Of a stretch of DNA of 64,000 nucleotides, positions 41,647-52,481 are shown in pieces. Position 1 is the stretch's first letter. Each line of letters begins with the position of its first letter. The translations under genes and the position numbers were made by a program. The DNA comes from Candidatus Krumholzibacteriia bacterium. Its GTDB lineage: Bacteria > Krumholzibacteriota > Krumholzibacteriia > JAJRXK01. The stretch covers positions 768,001 to 832,000 of the forward strand of contig JBGPIA010000001.1 of assembly GCA_041484665.1 (NCBI GenBank), given 5' to 3'. The notes under the pieces were generated by a model that was not told the origin of the DNA, did no database searches, and saw nothing but the letters and a program-made list of their open reading frames with translations.

Positions 41647-43683
41647 CTACCGAACCCTCTGCTTGGCCGGTGGCTTCGGCGTGGGTGCCGGCGAGGTGGC
41701 TGCTGATGCAGCCGGCGCTGCGACAGGCGCCACGACCGGCGCCGCACCCGGTAGTGCACTCGGCGCTGCCCCCGGCGCTGCAGCCGGCGTTGCTGCTGGT
41801 ACCGGACCCTTGGACGCCGTCTGCGCCAGCTCGGTGAACCGGTAGCGCACCTTGTAGACCTTCGCATCCTGGTCCCACTCGATGGTATGGCCCAGCTTGC
41901 GATGGATGTGCAGCATGGCCGCGTTGGTCGGCAGGATCTCGGCCTGGATGCCGGCCACCCCCTTGCTGCGCGCGTACGCCACGAGCTGCTCGACCAGATA
42001 TGTGCCGATGCCCAGCCCGCGGTAGTCCTGGTGCACGACGAACGCCATGGTGGCCATATTCGTGCGCGGGTTGAGGTCGTAGCGCCCCACGGCGAAGAAT
42101 CGCTGCGTCTCGCCCTTGCGCTCGAAGACGCCGAGCGCCATGCGCTGCGTATAGTCCACCGCGCAGAGCTGTTGCGCCTCCAGCCGTCCCATCTGGGTCT
42201 TCACGTGGAAGTATCGTTGGTAGACCGTCTCGGGATCGTGGCTGTAGAAGAACTCCTGCAGTGCGCGCTCGTCGGTGGCCAGCAGCGGACGCACCAGGAA
42301 CTCCCGCTCACCGAAGCGCCGCGTGTGACGCCACTGTGCCGGATACGGATTGCTGACCTGCTTCCAGAGCGCGTCGTCGGCGTAGACGTAGTGCTTCTTG
42401 CGGACGAACTCCAGCAGATCGGTCCGGAAGTCTGGATGGGCGATGTTGATGAGCGCGAGCGCGCGCTCCCGGATCGTCTTGCCGTGGAGGTAGGCCACAC
42501 CCCACTCGGTCACGACGTAGTGCACGTCACCGCGGCTCGTCACGACGCCCGATCCCTCGTCGATGTGCGGAGCGATGCGGCTGATGGTCCCGCCCTTGGC
42601 GGTGCTGGGCAGGGCGATGATCGGCTTGCCACCATCGCTCATGGCCGCGCCGCGGATGAAATCCACCTGCCCGCCGATACCGCTGTAGAACTCGTAGCCG
42701 ATGCTGTCGGCAACCACCTGGCCCGTCAGGTCCACCTGCAGCGCGGAGTTGATCGCCACCATCTTGTCGTTTTGGGCAATCACCCGCGGGTTGTTCACGT
42801 AGTCGGACGGGTAGAACTCGATGCTGGGGTTGTCGTGGACGAGGTCGTAGAGCTTGCGCGTCCCCATGGTGAAGCTGCAGATGGTCTTGCCGCGGTGGAT
42901 GGTCTTCTGGCTGTTGTCGACGTTCCCCTGCTCGATCAGCGACACCATTCCGTCGCTGAACATTTCAGTGTGGACGCCCAGATGGCGCTTCTCCACGAGG
43001 AACTTGAGCACGGCGTTGGGGATGGTGCCGATGCCCAGCTGCAAGCAGCTGCCGTGATCCACCAGGTCGGCGATGTTGGCACCGATGCGGATGGCCACGT
43101 CGTCGGGCTCGGGCGTGTAGGGCAGCTGCAGGATGGGGTCGTTGACCTCGACGCAGTACTGGATGCGCTCCAGCGGCACCAGGGTGTTGCCGAAGGTACG
43201 CGGCATGTTGGGGTTGGTCTCGGCGATCACGACCTTGGCGGAGCTGATGGCGGCCAGCTCGATATCGACGTGAATCCCCAGGCTGCAGAAGCCGTGGCGG
43301 TCCGGCGGCGTGACCTGCACGAGTGCCACGTCGATGGGTAGCTGACCCGAGGCGATCAACTCGGGGATCTCGCTCAGGAAGATCGGCGTGTAGTCGGCGC
43401 GCCCCTCGCGTACGGCGTTGCGCACGTTGGGCCCGATGAAGAAGGCGTTGTGGCGGAAGTCACCCATGAAGTTGCTGTCGGCGTAGTTGGCGATGCCCAT
43501 GGTCAGCAGGTGCACGACGTCGATGTCGTGGAGGCGGTCCGCCTGCTTGCAGAGAGCGCGCACCAGCGCCTGCGGCTCCGCGCAGCCGGAGCCTACAAAG
43601 ACCCGCGATCCGGACTTGACGTGGGAGAGCGCCTCATCCGCGGACACGGTCCTGGCGCGCAGCAGTGCTCGATGGTCCCTCAT
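41647..43683 (-). CDS. Acetyl-CoA hydrolase/family I CoA-transferase fused to a C-terminal GNAT domain
   Basis: LQLGIGTIP, HTEMFSDG, GIGGQVDF, VVTEWG; then DYRGLGIG GNAT motif and an Ala/Pro tail. Confidence 0.9.
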   Translation of the reverse strand: MRDHRALLRARTVSADEALSHVKSGSRVFVGSGCAEPQALVRALCKQADRLHDIDVVHLLTMGIANYADSNFMGDFRHNAFFIGPNVRNAVREGRADYTPIFLSEIPELIASGQLPIDVALVQVTPPDRHGFCSLGIHVDIELAAISSAKVVIAETNPNMPRTFGNTLVPLERIQYCVEVNDPILQLPYTPEPDDVAIRIGANIADLVDHGSCLQLGIGTIPNAVLKFLVEKRHLGVHTEMFSDGMVSLIEQGNVDNSQKTIHRGKTICSFTMGTRKLYDLVHDNPSIEFYPSDYVNNPRVIAQNDKMVAINSALQVDLTGQVVADSIGYEFYSGIGGQVDFIRGAAMSDGGKPIIALPSTAKGGTISRIAPHIDEGSGVVTSRGDVHYVVTEWGVAYLHGKTIRERALALINIAHPDFRTDLLEFVRKKHYVYADDALWKQVSNPYPAQWRHTRRFGEREFLVRPLLATDERALQEFFYSHDPETVYQRYFHVKTQMGRLEAQQLCAVDYTQRMALGVFERKGETQRFFAVGRYDLNPRTNMATMAFVVHQDYRGLGIGTYLVEQLVAYARSKGVAGIQAEILPTNAAMLHIHRKLGHTIEWDQDAKVYKVRYRFTELAQTASKGPVPAATPAAAPGAAPSALPGAAPVVAPVAAPAASAATSPAPTPKPPAKQRVR

Positions 43684-43976
43684 GGCGTCGCTTCCCCTTC
43701 CCACGGCTTCTTGCGCATCTCGACCGGAATCCCCACCGGCGTCCCAGCCGGCGTCCCGGCGCGCGGCCGCACGCACGGTCTCGCGCGTACCCCCTGCCGA
43801 ACTCCACCAGCTCCTGCTTCCGCCCGCCGCCGCCGTGGACTAGATTGGGGCGGTGACGGCTGGACAGGGCCTCGTCCCGGTGCGCGGTTCCTTGCAAGAA
43901 TCATGGTCAATCCCGGGCGCGAAGGCAACGTCCGCGGCCGTCCGGCGACGCCCAGGCCCAGAAGGGAGGACTGCCC

Positions 43977-44453
43977 ATGCAGGTTCAGCAGTGGATGAGC
44001 TCCCCGGTCATCACCGTCGGCCCCGATTGCCCGGCCGTGCTGGCCTTCCAGCGCATGCTGGAGCGCCAGATCCGCCGCCTCGCCGTCGTGGACGAGGAGG
44101 ATGAGATCATGGGCATGGTCACGGATCGAGACTTGCGGTCAGTCGCGTTTGCCAGCTTGATCGGCAGGGATCTGGGCGCTCTGCGCCCCGCGGCCGACGA
44201 TTTCCTCGTCGGCGATCTCATGTCGCGCGAGGTCATCTCCGTCACGCCCGAGACCGACGTCCGTGAGGCCGCCCTGCTCATGCACAATCACAAGATCGGG
44301 GGCCTCCCGGTCATGGTCGGCCGCAAAGCGGTCGGGATAATCACGGTGCACGACTTGATGGAGATCCTCGTGGCGGCACTCAGCGGTAGCGCTCTGCCCG
44401 AGAACCGCCGTGGCGGCCGGGAAAGCCAGGAGGCCACCGGCGCCTCGGGTTGA
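43977..44453 (+). CDS. CBS-pair protein (AcuB-like)
   Basis: WMSSPVITV, GMVTDRDLR, KIGGLPV, GIITVHD. Confidence 0.9.
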   Translation: MQVQQWMSSPVITVGPDCPAVLAFQRMLERQIRRLAVVDEEDEIMGMVTDRDLRSVAFASLIGRDLGALRPAADDFLVGDLMSREVISVTPETDVREAALLMHNHKIGGLPVMVGRKAVGIITVHDLMEILVAALSGSALPENRRGGRESQEATGASG

Positions 44454-44676
44454 CCGCCCGCTGTGAGCGGTCGCGGCCCGCAGCGGGCGTGGCCTGCCGC
44501 CGGCGTGGCCCGTGTCTGGCACGGCGTAGCGGGCAAGCCGCCACGGTCGACACGGCGGCCGGCCGCTGCGGGCCGGGCGTAGCTGCGCGCCATCCACCGC
44601 GCGGGGTCACCGTGGTCACGGCGATCGCCAAGCCCCGGGGAGAGCGGCGCGCAGAGCGCCGGAGCCCCAACCCCCG

Positions 44677-45540
44677 TCAGTTCAGCCTCGCCATCTCCCG
44701 GTAGTCCTCGAGGAACTGGAAGCTCGACTTGGTGCGGATGCGGCCGAGCGCCTCTTCCTTGATCTGCCGGATGCGCTCGCGGGTCAGGTGCAAGCGCTCA
44801 CCGATCTCCTCGAGGGTCATTTTCTCGTCGCCCTCCAGCCCGAAGTAGAGGCGCAGCACCTCTGCCTCGCGCGGGCGCAGGCGGTTGAGCACCTGCGCGA
44901 CCCCATGCTTGAGCTCCGACTCCAGCAAGTCGTGCTCCGGGGGCATCATATCCTGGTACTCCAGGAACTCCAGGCAGGTGGTCTTTCCTTCGCCGTCCAG
45001 TGGCTCATCCAGCGAGACGCTCTCGTTCATGAGCGGTAGCGTGTCGTTGACCTCGCCGAGGCTCACCCGCATCTCCTTGGCGAGCTCCTTGGGAGTGGGC
45101 GGCCGGTGCAGCTCCTGCTCGAGCTGCGCGTAGGCCTTGCGGAGCCGATACAGGGCGCGGGCGCGATTGAGCGGCATGCGCACCGACTTCGACTGGTGGG
45201 CGAGCGCCGCCATGATCGATTGACGGATCCACCAGACCGCATAGCTGATGAACTTGTAGCCGCGCGTCTCGTCGAACCGCTGCGCCGCGGTGATCAGCCC
45301 GAGGTTGCCCTCGTTGATCAGGTCCTCCAGAGGCACGCCGTAGTGCGAATAGTGCTTGGCGATGCTCACCACGAACCGCAGGTTCGCCGTCACCAGCCGC
45401 TCCATCGCACGGCGGTCCCCGTTGCGGATGCGGCGGGCAAGCTCCGCCTCCTGCTCGCGCGTGAGGGTGGAGTACCTGCCGACTTCCTTGAAGTAGATGT
45501 CCAGATTGCTCGGGATTCCGTTCTCGACCGTCTCGCTCAC
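44677..45540 (-). CDS. RpoD/RpoS-family sigma-70 factor lacking region 1.1
   Basis: ANLRFVVSIAK, DLINEGNLGL, KFISYAVWWIRQ, TLEEIG..LTRERIRQI; GTG start inferred. Confidence 0.93.
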   Translation of the reverse strand: MSETVENGIPSNLDIYFKEVGRYSTLTREQEAELARRIRNGDRRAMERLVTANLRFVVSIAKHYSHYGVPLEDLINEGNLGLITAAQRFDETRGYKFISYAVWWIRQSIMAALAHQSKSVRMPLNRARALYRLRKAYAQLEQELHRPPTPKELAKEMRVSLGEVNDTLPLMNESVSLDEPLDGEGKTTCLEFLEYQDMMPPEHDLLESELKHGVAQVLNRLRPREAEVLRLYFGLEGDEKMTLEEIGERLHLTRERIRQIKEEALGRIRTKSSFQFLEDYREMARLN

Positions 45541-45728
45541 GGGTCCCAACTCCCAACCGGTTCGCAGGGAGGTCAAACGGCGGCGGGGTGTCTCGAATCT
45601 CTGCCGCCGGGCTGCGAGGACTCCCTCCATCAAGACGCGGGCCCGGCACGTTGCCAAGATCACGAGCCCAGACAGCCCCGTAATCGTAGGTTTCACAACT
45701 GATTACGCAGGTCGATGCAAGGGGGTTC

Positions 45729-46221
45729 GCGGCTCCGAACCCGTGGTCTTTGACAATCTGTCAAGGCGCCCCGGGGCTCGTCGGCGAAGATGTCAGCAGA
45801 GACGCTGGTGACAGGGGCTCGCGCGCACCGAGCGAAGAGAGCAAGGCACGCCTAGATCGCGCGCGTGGCGGGTCCTTGATTAGGGAGGCAGCGAGCCGTC
45901 GGCTCCGCGGCTGTGGATTTCGCGCCCGTCGAATCCGCGCCTGCGGCGTGCGGCGGCGCCCGCATCCCCCGGGGAGATCCACCATACTCACGCTCACCCG
46001 CGAGCAGCTCATCGACCGCCTGCGCGCCCACCTCGTGAAGCTCACCGACGAAGACCGCCCGCTCTGCCAGGTTGCCCGCGAGCTGAACATCTACTGCCAT
46101 GGCTTTGGGCGCTTCACGTCCGAAGAGCTACGGCGCGAGTACGCGTGGCTGGAGAAAAAGGCCCACCACCCGCTGACGCGCCAGGAGCTCGAAGAACGCG
46201 CCAATCAGTGGCAGCTGGCGA
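45729..46221 (+). repeat. Direct repeat, copy 1 (leader plus 5' part of a small gene)
   Basis: Aligns by eye with 51726-52220 (roughly 80-90% identical); contains TTGACAatcTGTCAA at 45750-45764. Confidence 0.92.
45984..46221 (+). pseudogene. Truncated paralog of the gene at 51984
   Basis: ATA where copy 2 has ATG; homology stops after ...QWQLA. Confidence 0.8.
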
Positions 46222-46545
46222 CTGAGGCCGGTGACATTCAACTGGCGAAGCGGCGCGGACGGACACACACACCTGGGCCTGATCGCTGAAGAGGTGGCCG
46301 AAGCGATCCCTGAAGTGGTCGTGGCCGAGGGCGACGCGAACGAGCCGCTGGGCATGAATTACTCCGAGTTGGTGCCGGTGCTCATCAATGCAGTGCAGGA
46401 ACAACAGGGGATGCTGGCCGAAAGAGACGAGCGCATCGCCGCGCTGGAGGCTCGCAATGCCGAGTTCGAGTCTCGGCTGGCGGCCCTGGAAGCGCGAAAC
46501 GGAGACGAACGGCTCACGTTCAGCTTAGGGAATGCGAGAAAATAG
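46219..46545 (+). pseudogene. Peptidase S74/intramolecular chaperone (tail-fibre-type) C-terminal fragment with coiled coil
   Basis: RLRPVTFNW...GLIAEEV...PEVV...MNYSELVPVLINAVQEQQ; the N-terminal SDxRLK part is missing. Confidence 0.75.
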
Positions 46546-47297
46546 CTGCAGCAAGCGTAAGTACTCGCTTCGCCCCGTCGGTCGCGGACGGGCGGTCGAG
46601 GAGCGCGCTGGTTCCCGCGACGGTCAGTTGGGAGTGCGCAGGGCCGTGTGCAGGGTGACGGTACCGGGCTTGCGGAAGGCCGCGATTGCGGCCGCCATCA
46701 CATAGGCCTTGGGCTCCTCGCCGGAACGCTTATCCTGTGGTTGCGCCGCGCTTGCCGACGCCCGTCCCGCGCGATAGAGTCCAATACGCTGTACCAGCTG
46801 GTCCACCGCCCCCAGGCGGCGCTCCGAGCACCCTCCAACTGCGCTTGATTCGCAGCCCACGATTCTTCGCCCCATTCCCGTCACGCCGGAGATGACACCG
46901 TGCCCGATGCCAAGTCTCGATTGATCGTCGCGTTTCGGCTGGGATCCGCAGGGTTTGCCAGGGCCACCGGCCGGCCAGATCAGGCCGCGGATTCCACGCG
47001 CTGGCGGCCCGCCTCCCAGGCCTGGATGCCCCTCGCGAGATCCGAAACGTCTCGGACACCGTTCCGGCGGAGCAGGCAGGCTGGCCGTGATCGAGGAGCG
47101 TCCCCGCCCACCCAACACCTCCCGTATCACCGCGAAGCCTACCTCTGCGGGGCGCAACCTCCCGGCGCGTTCGCCTGAACGAGCTCGGAAGTACGGACGT
47201 GTACCACGGCGCTGGAGAAGGCAGGTTCCGTCCCGGTCCGGGCCGTGCACGTTCCCAGCCCGATCGATCGACCCCCACGAACTCGAGGAGATCCCTG

Positions 47298-50081
47298 ATG
47301 AAGTCGCGACTGGCTCTGCTCCTGATGCTCCTCTGTATGCTGCACGCCACATCCGAGGCGCTCGCTCAGTGCGCTCTGTGGAGTGCCGGTCCGCTGGATA
47401 ATGGCACCGCGCCCAACGGCGCCAACGGAAACGTCTACGCAGCCGTCTCCTGGGACCCGGACGACCTCGGTCCGCTGGCTCCAAGGCTGGTGGTGGGCGG
47501 CGACTTCACCAGCATCGGGGGGGTGGCAGTCACGAACATTGCCCAGCGCGACCCCGCCACCGGCCAATGGGCGCCGGTGGGGAGCGGGATCAGTGCAACG
47601 GTCAATGCCCTGACAGTGTTCTACGGCGAACTGGTCGCCGGCTGCAGCGGCGACAACAACGTGGGCACGTTCGATCAGACCGTCCGGCGGTGGGATGGCT
47701 CGGCCTGGCAGAGCCTCTCTGCTACCAACACGGGCTCTGTCCTGGCGATGGAGGAGTACAACGGCGCTCTCTACATCGGGGGCACCTTCATGACCCACTT
47801 CGTCCCCGGGGGCAGCAACGACGCCTACTTCCTCGCGCGCTGGGACCCCATCGCCAACCTCTGGCACGACGTGGAGGGTGGGTTCGGCAGCCAGACCAAC
47901 ACCGCTGTGCGCGCCCTTGCGGTCTACAACGGCGACTTGTACGCCGGCGGCAATGTGCTTGGCGGTCCGGGAACCGTGATCAACCTGGCCCGCTGGAATC
48001 CCGCCACGCACTGGACGCAGATCACGACGGGGACCGATCTGGGGGGGATCTACGACTTCGCCCTGTACGGGGGAGAGCTCATCGTCGGAGGTGGATTCCT
48101 CACCATCAACGGGGCGACGCGCAACTGCATCGCGGGCTGGAACGGCTGGTCGTTCCACAGTTTCTCCACCGGAACGGCCCCGGGTGGCGGCACGATCTTC
48201 AACGTGATCGTGCACAATCAAGTGCTCATGATCGGTGGCGCGTTCACGACGGCCAGCGGTTTGAGCGAAAGCCGCGTGGCTTCGTGGTATGCAGCCGGAG
48301 GCTACTGGGTACCCCTGGGCTATGGAACCGACGCCACAGTCCAAAGCCTGGTTTCCTACAACGGCGAATTGGTCGCGGTGGGGTACTTCACGGTGGCCGA
48401 GCGGCCGGCCAACCACATCGCCCATTGGGACGGCTTCCAATGGGGCCCGTTCGGGGGCGGCTTCGGGAACTACGTCCTGGCCATGACCAACTTCAACGGG
48501 CGCATCGTGGCAGGGGGCGATTTCCATCAGCCCACGGGCTCGGTGGCCACCGCCCACAACGTCGCATCGTGGACGGGCGGCGCGCTCCAGTCGTACGGGG
48601 TGGGCGTCAACGGCCCGGTCATGGCACTGAAGGGGTTCAGGTACCCCGGCGTGGTCGGGCCCGACGAGCTGGTGGCCGGAGGCGTGTTCACCCAAGCGGG
48701 GGGAATCGCGGTCAACAACATCGCCCGGTGGACCGAGCGCTTCACCGTATTCCCCCCGCCTGCCTGGCAGGCGATGGGTGCCGGGTTCAACAACGCGGTC
48801 TACGCCATCGAGCGCTCCAACGGCATCACCTACGCTGGAGGGTCGTTCACCGCATCGGGGGCGACGAGCATCCTCCGGATGGCGCGCTGGAACGAGACCA
48901 CCGACGTCTGGGAACAGGTCGGCTTCGGGATGAATGGCTTCGTCTACGCATTGAAGGATTACAACGGCTACCTCTACGCGGGCGGAAATTTCACCTCGGC
49001 TGGCGGGAGCGCGACTGGCGGACTCGCTCGGTGGACCGGCACCTTCTGGGACCTGGTGGGCGGAGGCGCATTCGGGGGTACGGTGCTCTCGCTCGAGGTC
49101 TACGATGGAAAGCTGGTGATCGGGGGCCAGTTCTCGGGAATAAGCCACTCTCCGAATCTGATCGTGTATGACGGCGTCAGCTTCTCGGCGCTTGCGACGG
49201 GGGGCGCGAACAACAACGTCCGCGCGCTGAAAACCAACGGTAGGCGGCTCTACGTCGCGGGCGACTTCACCTCTGTGGCCGGCGTCCTTGTCAATCGCGT
49301 CGCGTACTGGGAAGAGGGTAATTGGCATGATACCCACTACGGTACGGACAACATCGTCTATGCGCTGGGCACCTACAACAACGAGGTCCACGTAGGCGGT
49401 TCGTTCCTCAACGTCGACTACGGTGGCCCGTCCCCCGCGCTGACCTCGCCCTTCTGGGGCAGGTACAGCGAGACCGGGCTACCGTGGTTCTATCAGCATC
49501 CGGCGTCCAAGACCGTGCAGCTGGGAGACGACGTTTCGTTCACCGCGCAGGCGGCCTCCGGCTTCTCGGGGCTCACCTACCAGTGGTATCACAACGACTT
49601 GCCGATCTCGGACGGGCCGACCGGCAACGGCTCTACTATCGGCGGGGCCACCACCACGACGCTGACGATCCTGGACGCCGTCTGGACGGACCACGGCGGC
49701 TACCGGCTGGTGGCCACCAATTCCTGCGGCGATGCCACCAGCTTCACGGCCACGCTCGACTTCACGGGGGTCACCGCGGCGCCGTCCCCGGGGTCGGTGC
49801 GAACCACGGTGTTCGAGGCGCTGGGGCCCAACCCGGCGGGCGGCGCCAGCCAGCTGTCCTTCTCGCTGGCCCACGACGCCGCGGTCCGGGTGCGGATCTA
49901 CGACGTGGCAGGCCGCCTGGTGCGCCACATCGATGTCGGACGCCTGCCCGCCGGGCACCACATGACCAGCTGGGATGCGCGCGACGAGGGCGGCCGCAAG
50001 GTCTCGGCCGCGCAGTACTTCGTCCGCCTCGACGTCGACGGGCAACCCATCGGGTCCAAGCGGCTGACGATCCTGCACTGA
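47298..50081 (+). CDS. Secreted beta-propeller repeat protein with Ig domain and FlgD-Ig-like C-terminal domain
   Basis: GAGGAG RBS; signal peptide; many L.xGGxFT...NIARW repeats; LTYQWY Ig motif; PNP...IYDVAGRLVR...WDARD. Confidence 0.88.
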   Translation: MKSRLALLLMLLCMLHATSEALAQCALWSAGPLDNGTAPNGANGNVYAAVSWDPDDLGPLAPRLVVGGDFTSIGGVAVTNIAQRDPATGQWAPVGSGISATVNALTVFYGELVAGCSGDNNVGTFDQTVRRWDGSAWQSLSATNTGSVLAMEEYNGALYIGGTFMTHFVPGGSNDAYFLARWDPIANLWHDVEGGFGSQTNTAVRALAVYNGDLYAGGNVLGGPGTVINLARWNPATHWTQITTGTDLGGIYDFALYGGELIVGGGFLTINGATRNCIAGWNGWSFHSFSTGTAPGGGTIFNVIVHNQVLMIGGAFTTASGLSESRVASWYAAGGYWVPLGYGTDATVQSLVSYNGELVAVGYFTVAERPANHIAHWDGFQWGPFGGGFGNYVLAMTNFNGRIVAGGDFHQPTGSVATAHNVASWTGGALQSYGVGVNGPVMALKGFRYPGVVGPDELVAGGVFTQAGGIAVNNIARWTERFTVFPPPAWQAMGAGFNNAVYAIERSNGITYAGGSFTASGATSILRMARWNETTDVWEQVGFGMNGFVYALKDYNGYLYAGGNFTSAGGSATGGLARWTGTFWDLVGGGAFGGTVLSLEVYDGKLVIGGQFSGISHSPNLIVYDGVSFSALATGGANNNVRALKTNGRRLYVAGDFTSVAGVLVNRVAYWEEGNWHDTHYGTDNIVYALGTYNNEVHVGGSFLNVDYGGPSPALTSPFWGRYSETGLPWFYQHPASKTVQLGDDVSFTAQAASGFSGLTYQWYHNDLPISDGPTGNGSTIGGATTTTLTILDAVWTDHGGYRLVATNSCGDATSFTATLDFTGVTAAPSPGSVRTTVFEALGPNPAGGASQLSFSLAHDAAVRVRIYDVAGRLVRHIDVGRLPAGHHMTSWDARDEGGRKVSAAQYFVRLDVDGQPIGSKRLTILH

Positions 50082-50169
50082 TCGAAGCTGCCGGGTGGAG
50101 GGAGCTCGAAGGAGCCCCCTCCACCCCATGCGCCCGCCCACCTCGCTACACCCGCCGTCAGCGCCAGCC

Positions 50170-50410
50170 CCACCCACGCCACCCGCGCGCAGAAGTACAC
50201 CCCCGCCGGCACCAGAGTGCCCTCATCATCGCGTCCGCCCCACCACAGCTCCAGCGAGGCCAGGACCGACGGCGCGCTGCCTGCGGGCGGCGCGGCGGTG
50301 GGCGCCCCGCTTCCCACGAACTTCGCAATCCAGAACGAAGAGGTCGCGCCGGTGTCCAGCGGCCCCCCCGAAGGGACCTCCCTGCGCAGAGGCACGTTCC
50401 AGTTGCCGAT
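50170..50410 (-). pseudogene. Fragment of another FlgD-Ig-type C-terminal domain gene
   Basis: LWWGGRDDEGTLVPAGVYFCAR with no intact upstream gene; boundaries approximate. Confidence 0.5.
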
Positions 50411-50597
50411 GGAGATGGCGGCAGAGAGGGCGCGGGTCGGACACGCCTCAGCGCGCCGCGGCCAGCAGCTCCCGGGCGCGGCGCAGCAGGGCCAAGTCGG
50501 CGAGCCCGGGCTGTTCTGCCGCCGACAGCGCTCGCTCCAGCGCCTGGGCCTGTTGCTCCAAGCGGCTGCGACCACCATGGATTTCGGCCAACGTGCC

Positions 50598-51350
<753 letters not shown>

Positions 51351-51429
51351 CCTTGGCGCGCCGCCACTCACCTCGCCGTAGCCCGCCGCCGCTACGCCTG
51401 ACGCCGTGGGCGTGTGCGCGGGGCCGCCG

Positions 51430-51725
51430 GCCCCGCCGCAGCGCCGCCAGCACCAGCCGGCGGTACAGCTCGGTCAATGCCGCGAAGTCCCAGTATCCCA
51501 TCCGCTCGATGCGGCCGTCCTCGCCGAAACCGCCGTCGGTGACGATGGCGTGGACGTGGGGGTGGGAGTTGGCGGCGTAGCTGCCGAAGGTCTGCAGGGC
51601 GGCCACCATCCCCACCGACAGCGATGGATCGTCGCAGCAGGCGCGGACCGCTCGCTGGGTGCATTCATGCACGCAGCGGCTGAGCAGTCCCAGCAGCCGC
51701 CGCTCGCGCTCGAACAGCCCCCGCA
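51430..51725 (-). mobile_element. IS91-family (HUH/Y2) transposase fragment
   Basis: GMVAALQTFGSYAANSHPHVHAIVTDGG; both ends missing. Confidence 0.75.
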
Positions 51726-52220
51726 GCGGCTCCGATCCCGTGATCTTTGACAATCTGTCAAGGCGCCCCGGGGCTTTGCGGCGAAGAGGTCAGCAGAAAC
51801 GCTGGTGCGAGCGGCTCGCGCGTTTCAGCCGAAGAGACCGATCCACGCCTTGATCGCGCGCGTGGCGAGTCCTTGATTTGGGGGGCAGAAAGCCGTCGCC
51901 TCCGCGGCCGTCGTGGATTCCGCGCCTGTCGAATCCGCGGCTGCGGCGTGCGGCGGCGCCCACATCCCCCGCGGAGATCCAGCATGCTCACGCTCACACG
52001 CGAGCAGGTCATCGACCGCCTGCGCGCCCACCTCGTGAAGCTCACCGACGAAGACCGTTCCCTCTGCCAGGTCGCCAAGGAGCTCAATATCTTCTGCCAT
52101 GGCTTCGCACGACTGGACTCCGGTGAGCTGCGCCGCGAGTTCGAATGGCTAGAGAAGAAGGCCCACCGGCCCCTGACCCGCCCCGAGCTGGAGCAGCGCG
52201 CCGGGCAATGGCAGCTCGCC
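51726..52220 (+). repeat. Direct repeat, copy 2
   Basis: Matches 45729-46221; TTGACAatcTGTCAA at 51747-51761. Confidence 0.92.
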
Positions 52221-52379
52221 CGACAGATCCTGCACGGTGTCACGGTCGCGTGCGACGCCCAGATGCGCGACCACGATCACTGCCGGGGCTGGGACACCTT
52301 TACCGACCTGGAGCTGGCGCGCTTCCACCAGGAGCTCCTGGGCGAGATGGTCGAGGTGGTGGTGCCTCCAGCGCAGTGA
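51984..52379 (+). CDS. Hypothetical 131-aa protein with four Cys
   Basis: GGAG RBS; many differences from copy 1 are synonymous or conservative; SLCQ, IFCHGF, VACD, HDHCRGW. Confidence 0.75.
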   Translation: MLTLTREQVIDRLRAHLVKLTDEDRSLCQVAKELNIFCHGFARLDSGELRREFEWLEKKAHRPLTRPELEQRAGQWQLARQILHGVTVACDAQMRDHDHCRGWDTFTDLELARFHQELLGEMVEVVVPPAQ

Positions 52380-52481
52380 CGCGCCGGATGGCCGCCGCAC
52401 ATCGCCGCCGCACTTGACTCCCCCTGCCCCGCACAGCACCGTAGAGCCAGGCCCATCGCGCTTCTGGACATTCCCCCGCTC

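Noticed and set aside
43878..43897. TTGCA upstream of the CBS gene as a sigma54 -12 box
   Set aside because: No GG at the required -24 position.
45866..45881. TGGCGGGTCCTTGAT (and its copy near 51863) as a sigma54 promoter
   Set aside because: GG-to-GA spacing is 9 rather than 10, and the -12 GC is absent.
46219..46545. Prophage, suggested by the S74 tail-chaperone domain
   Set aside because: No other phage genes; S74 domains also end non-phage secreted proteins.
46546..47290. Integron attC site, ncRNA or gene in the unassigned stretch
   Set aside because: No matching R''/R' boxes, integrase or recognisable protein motif; left unassigned.
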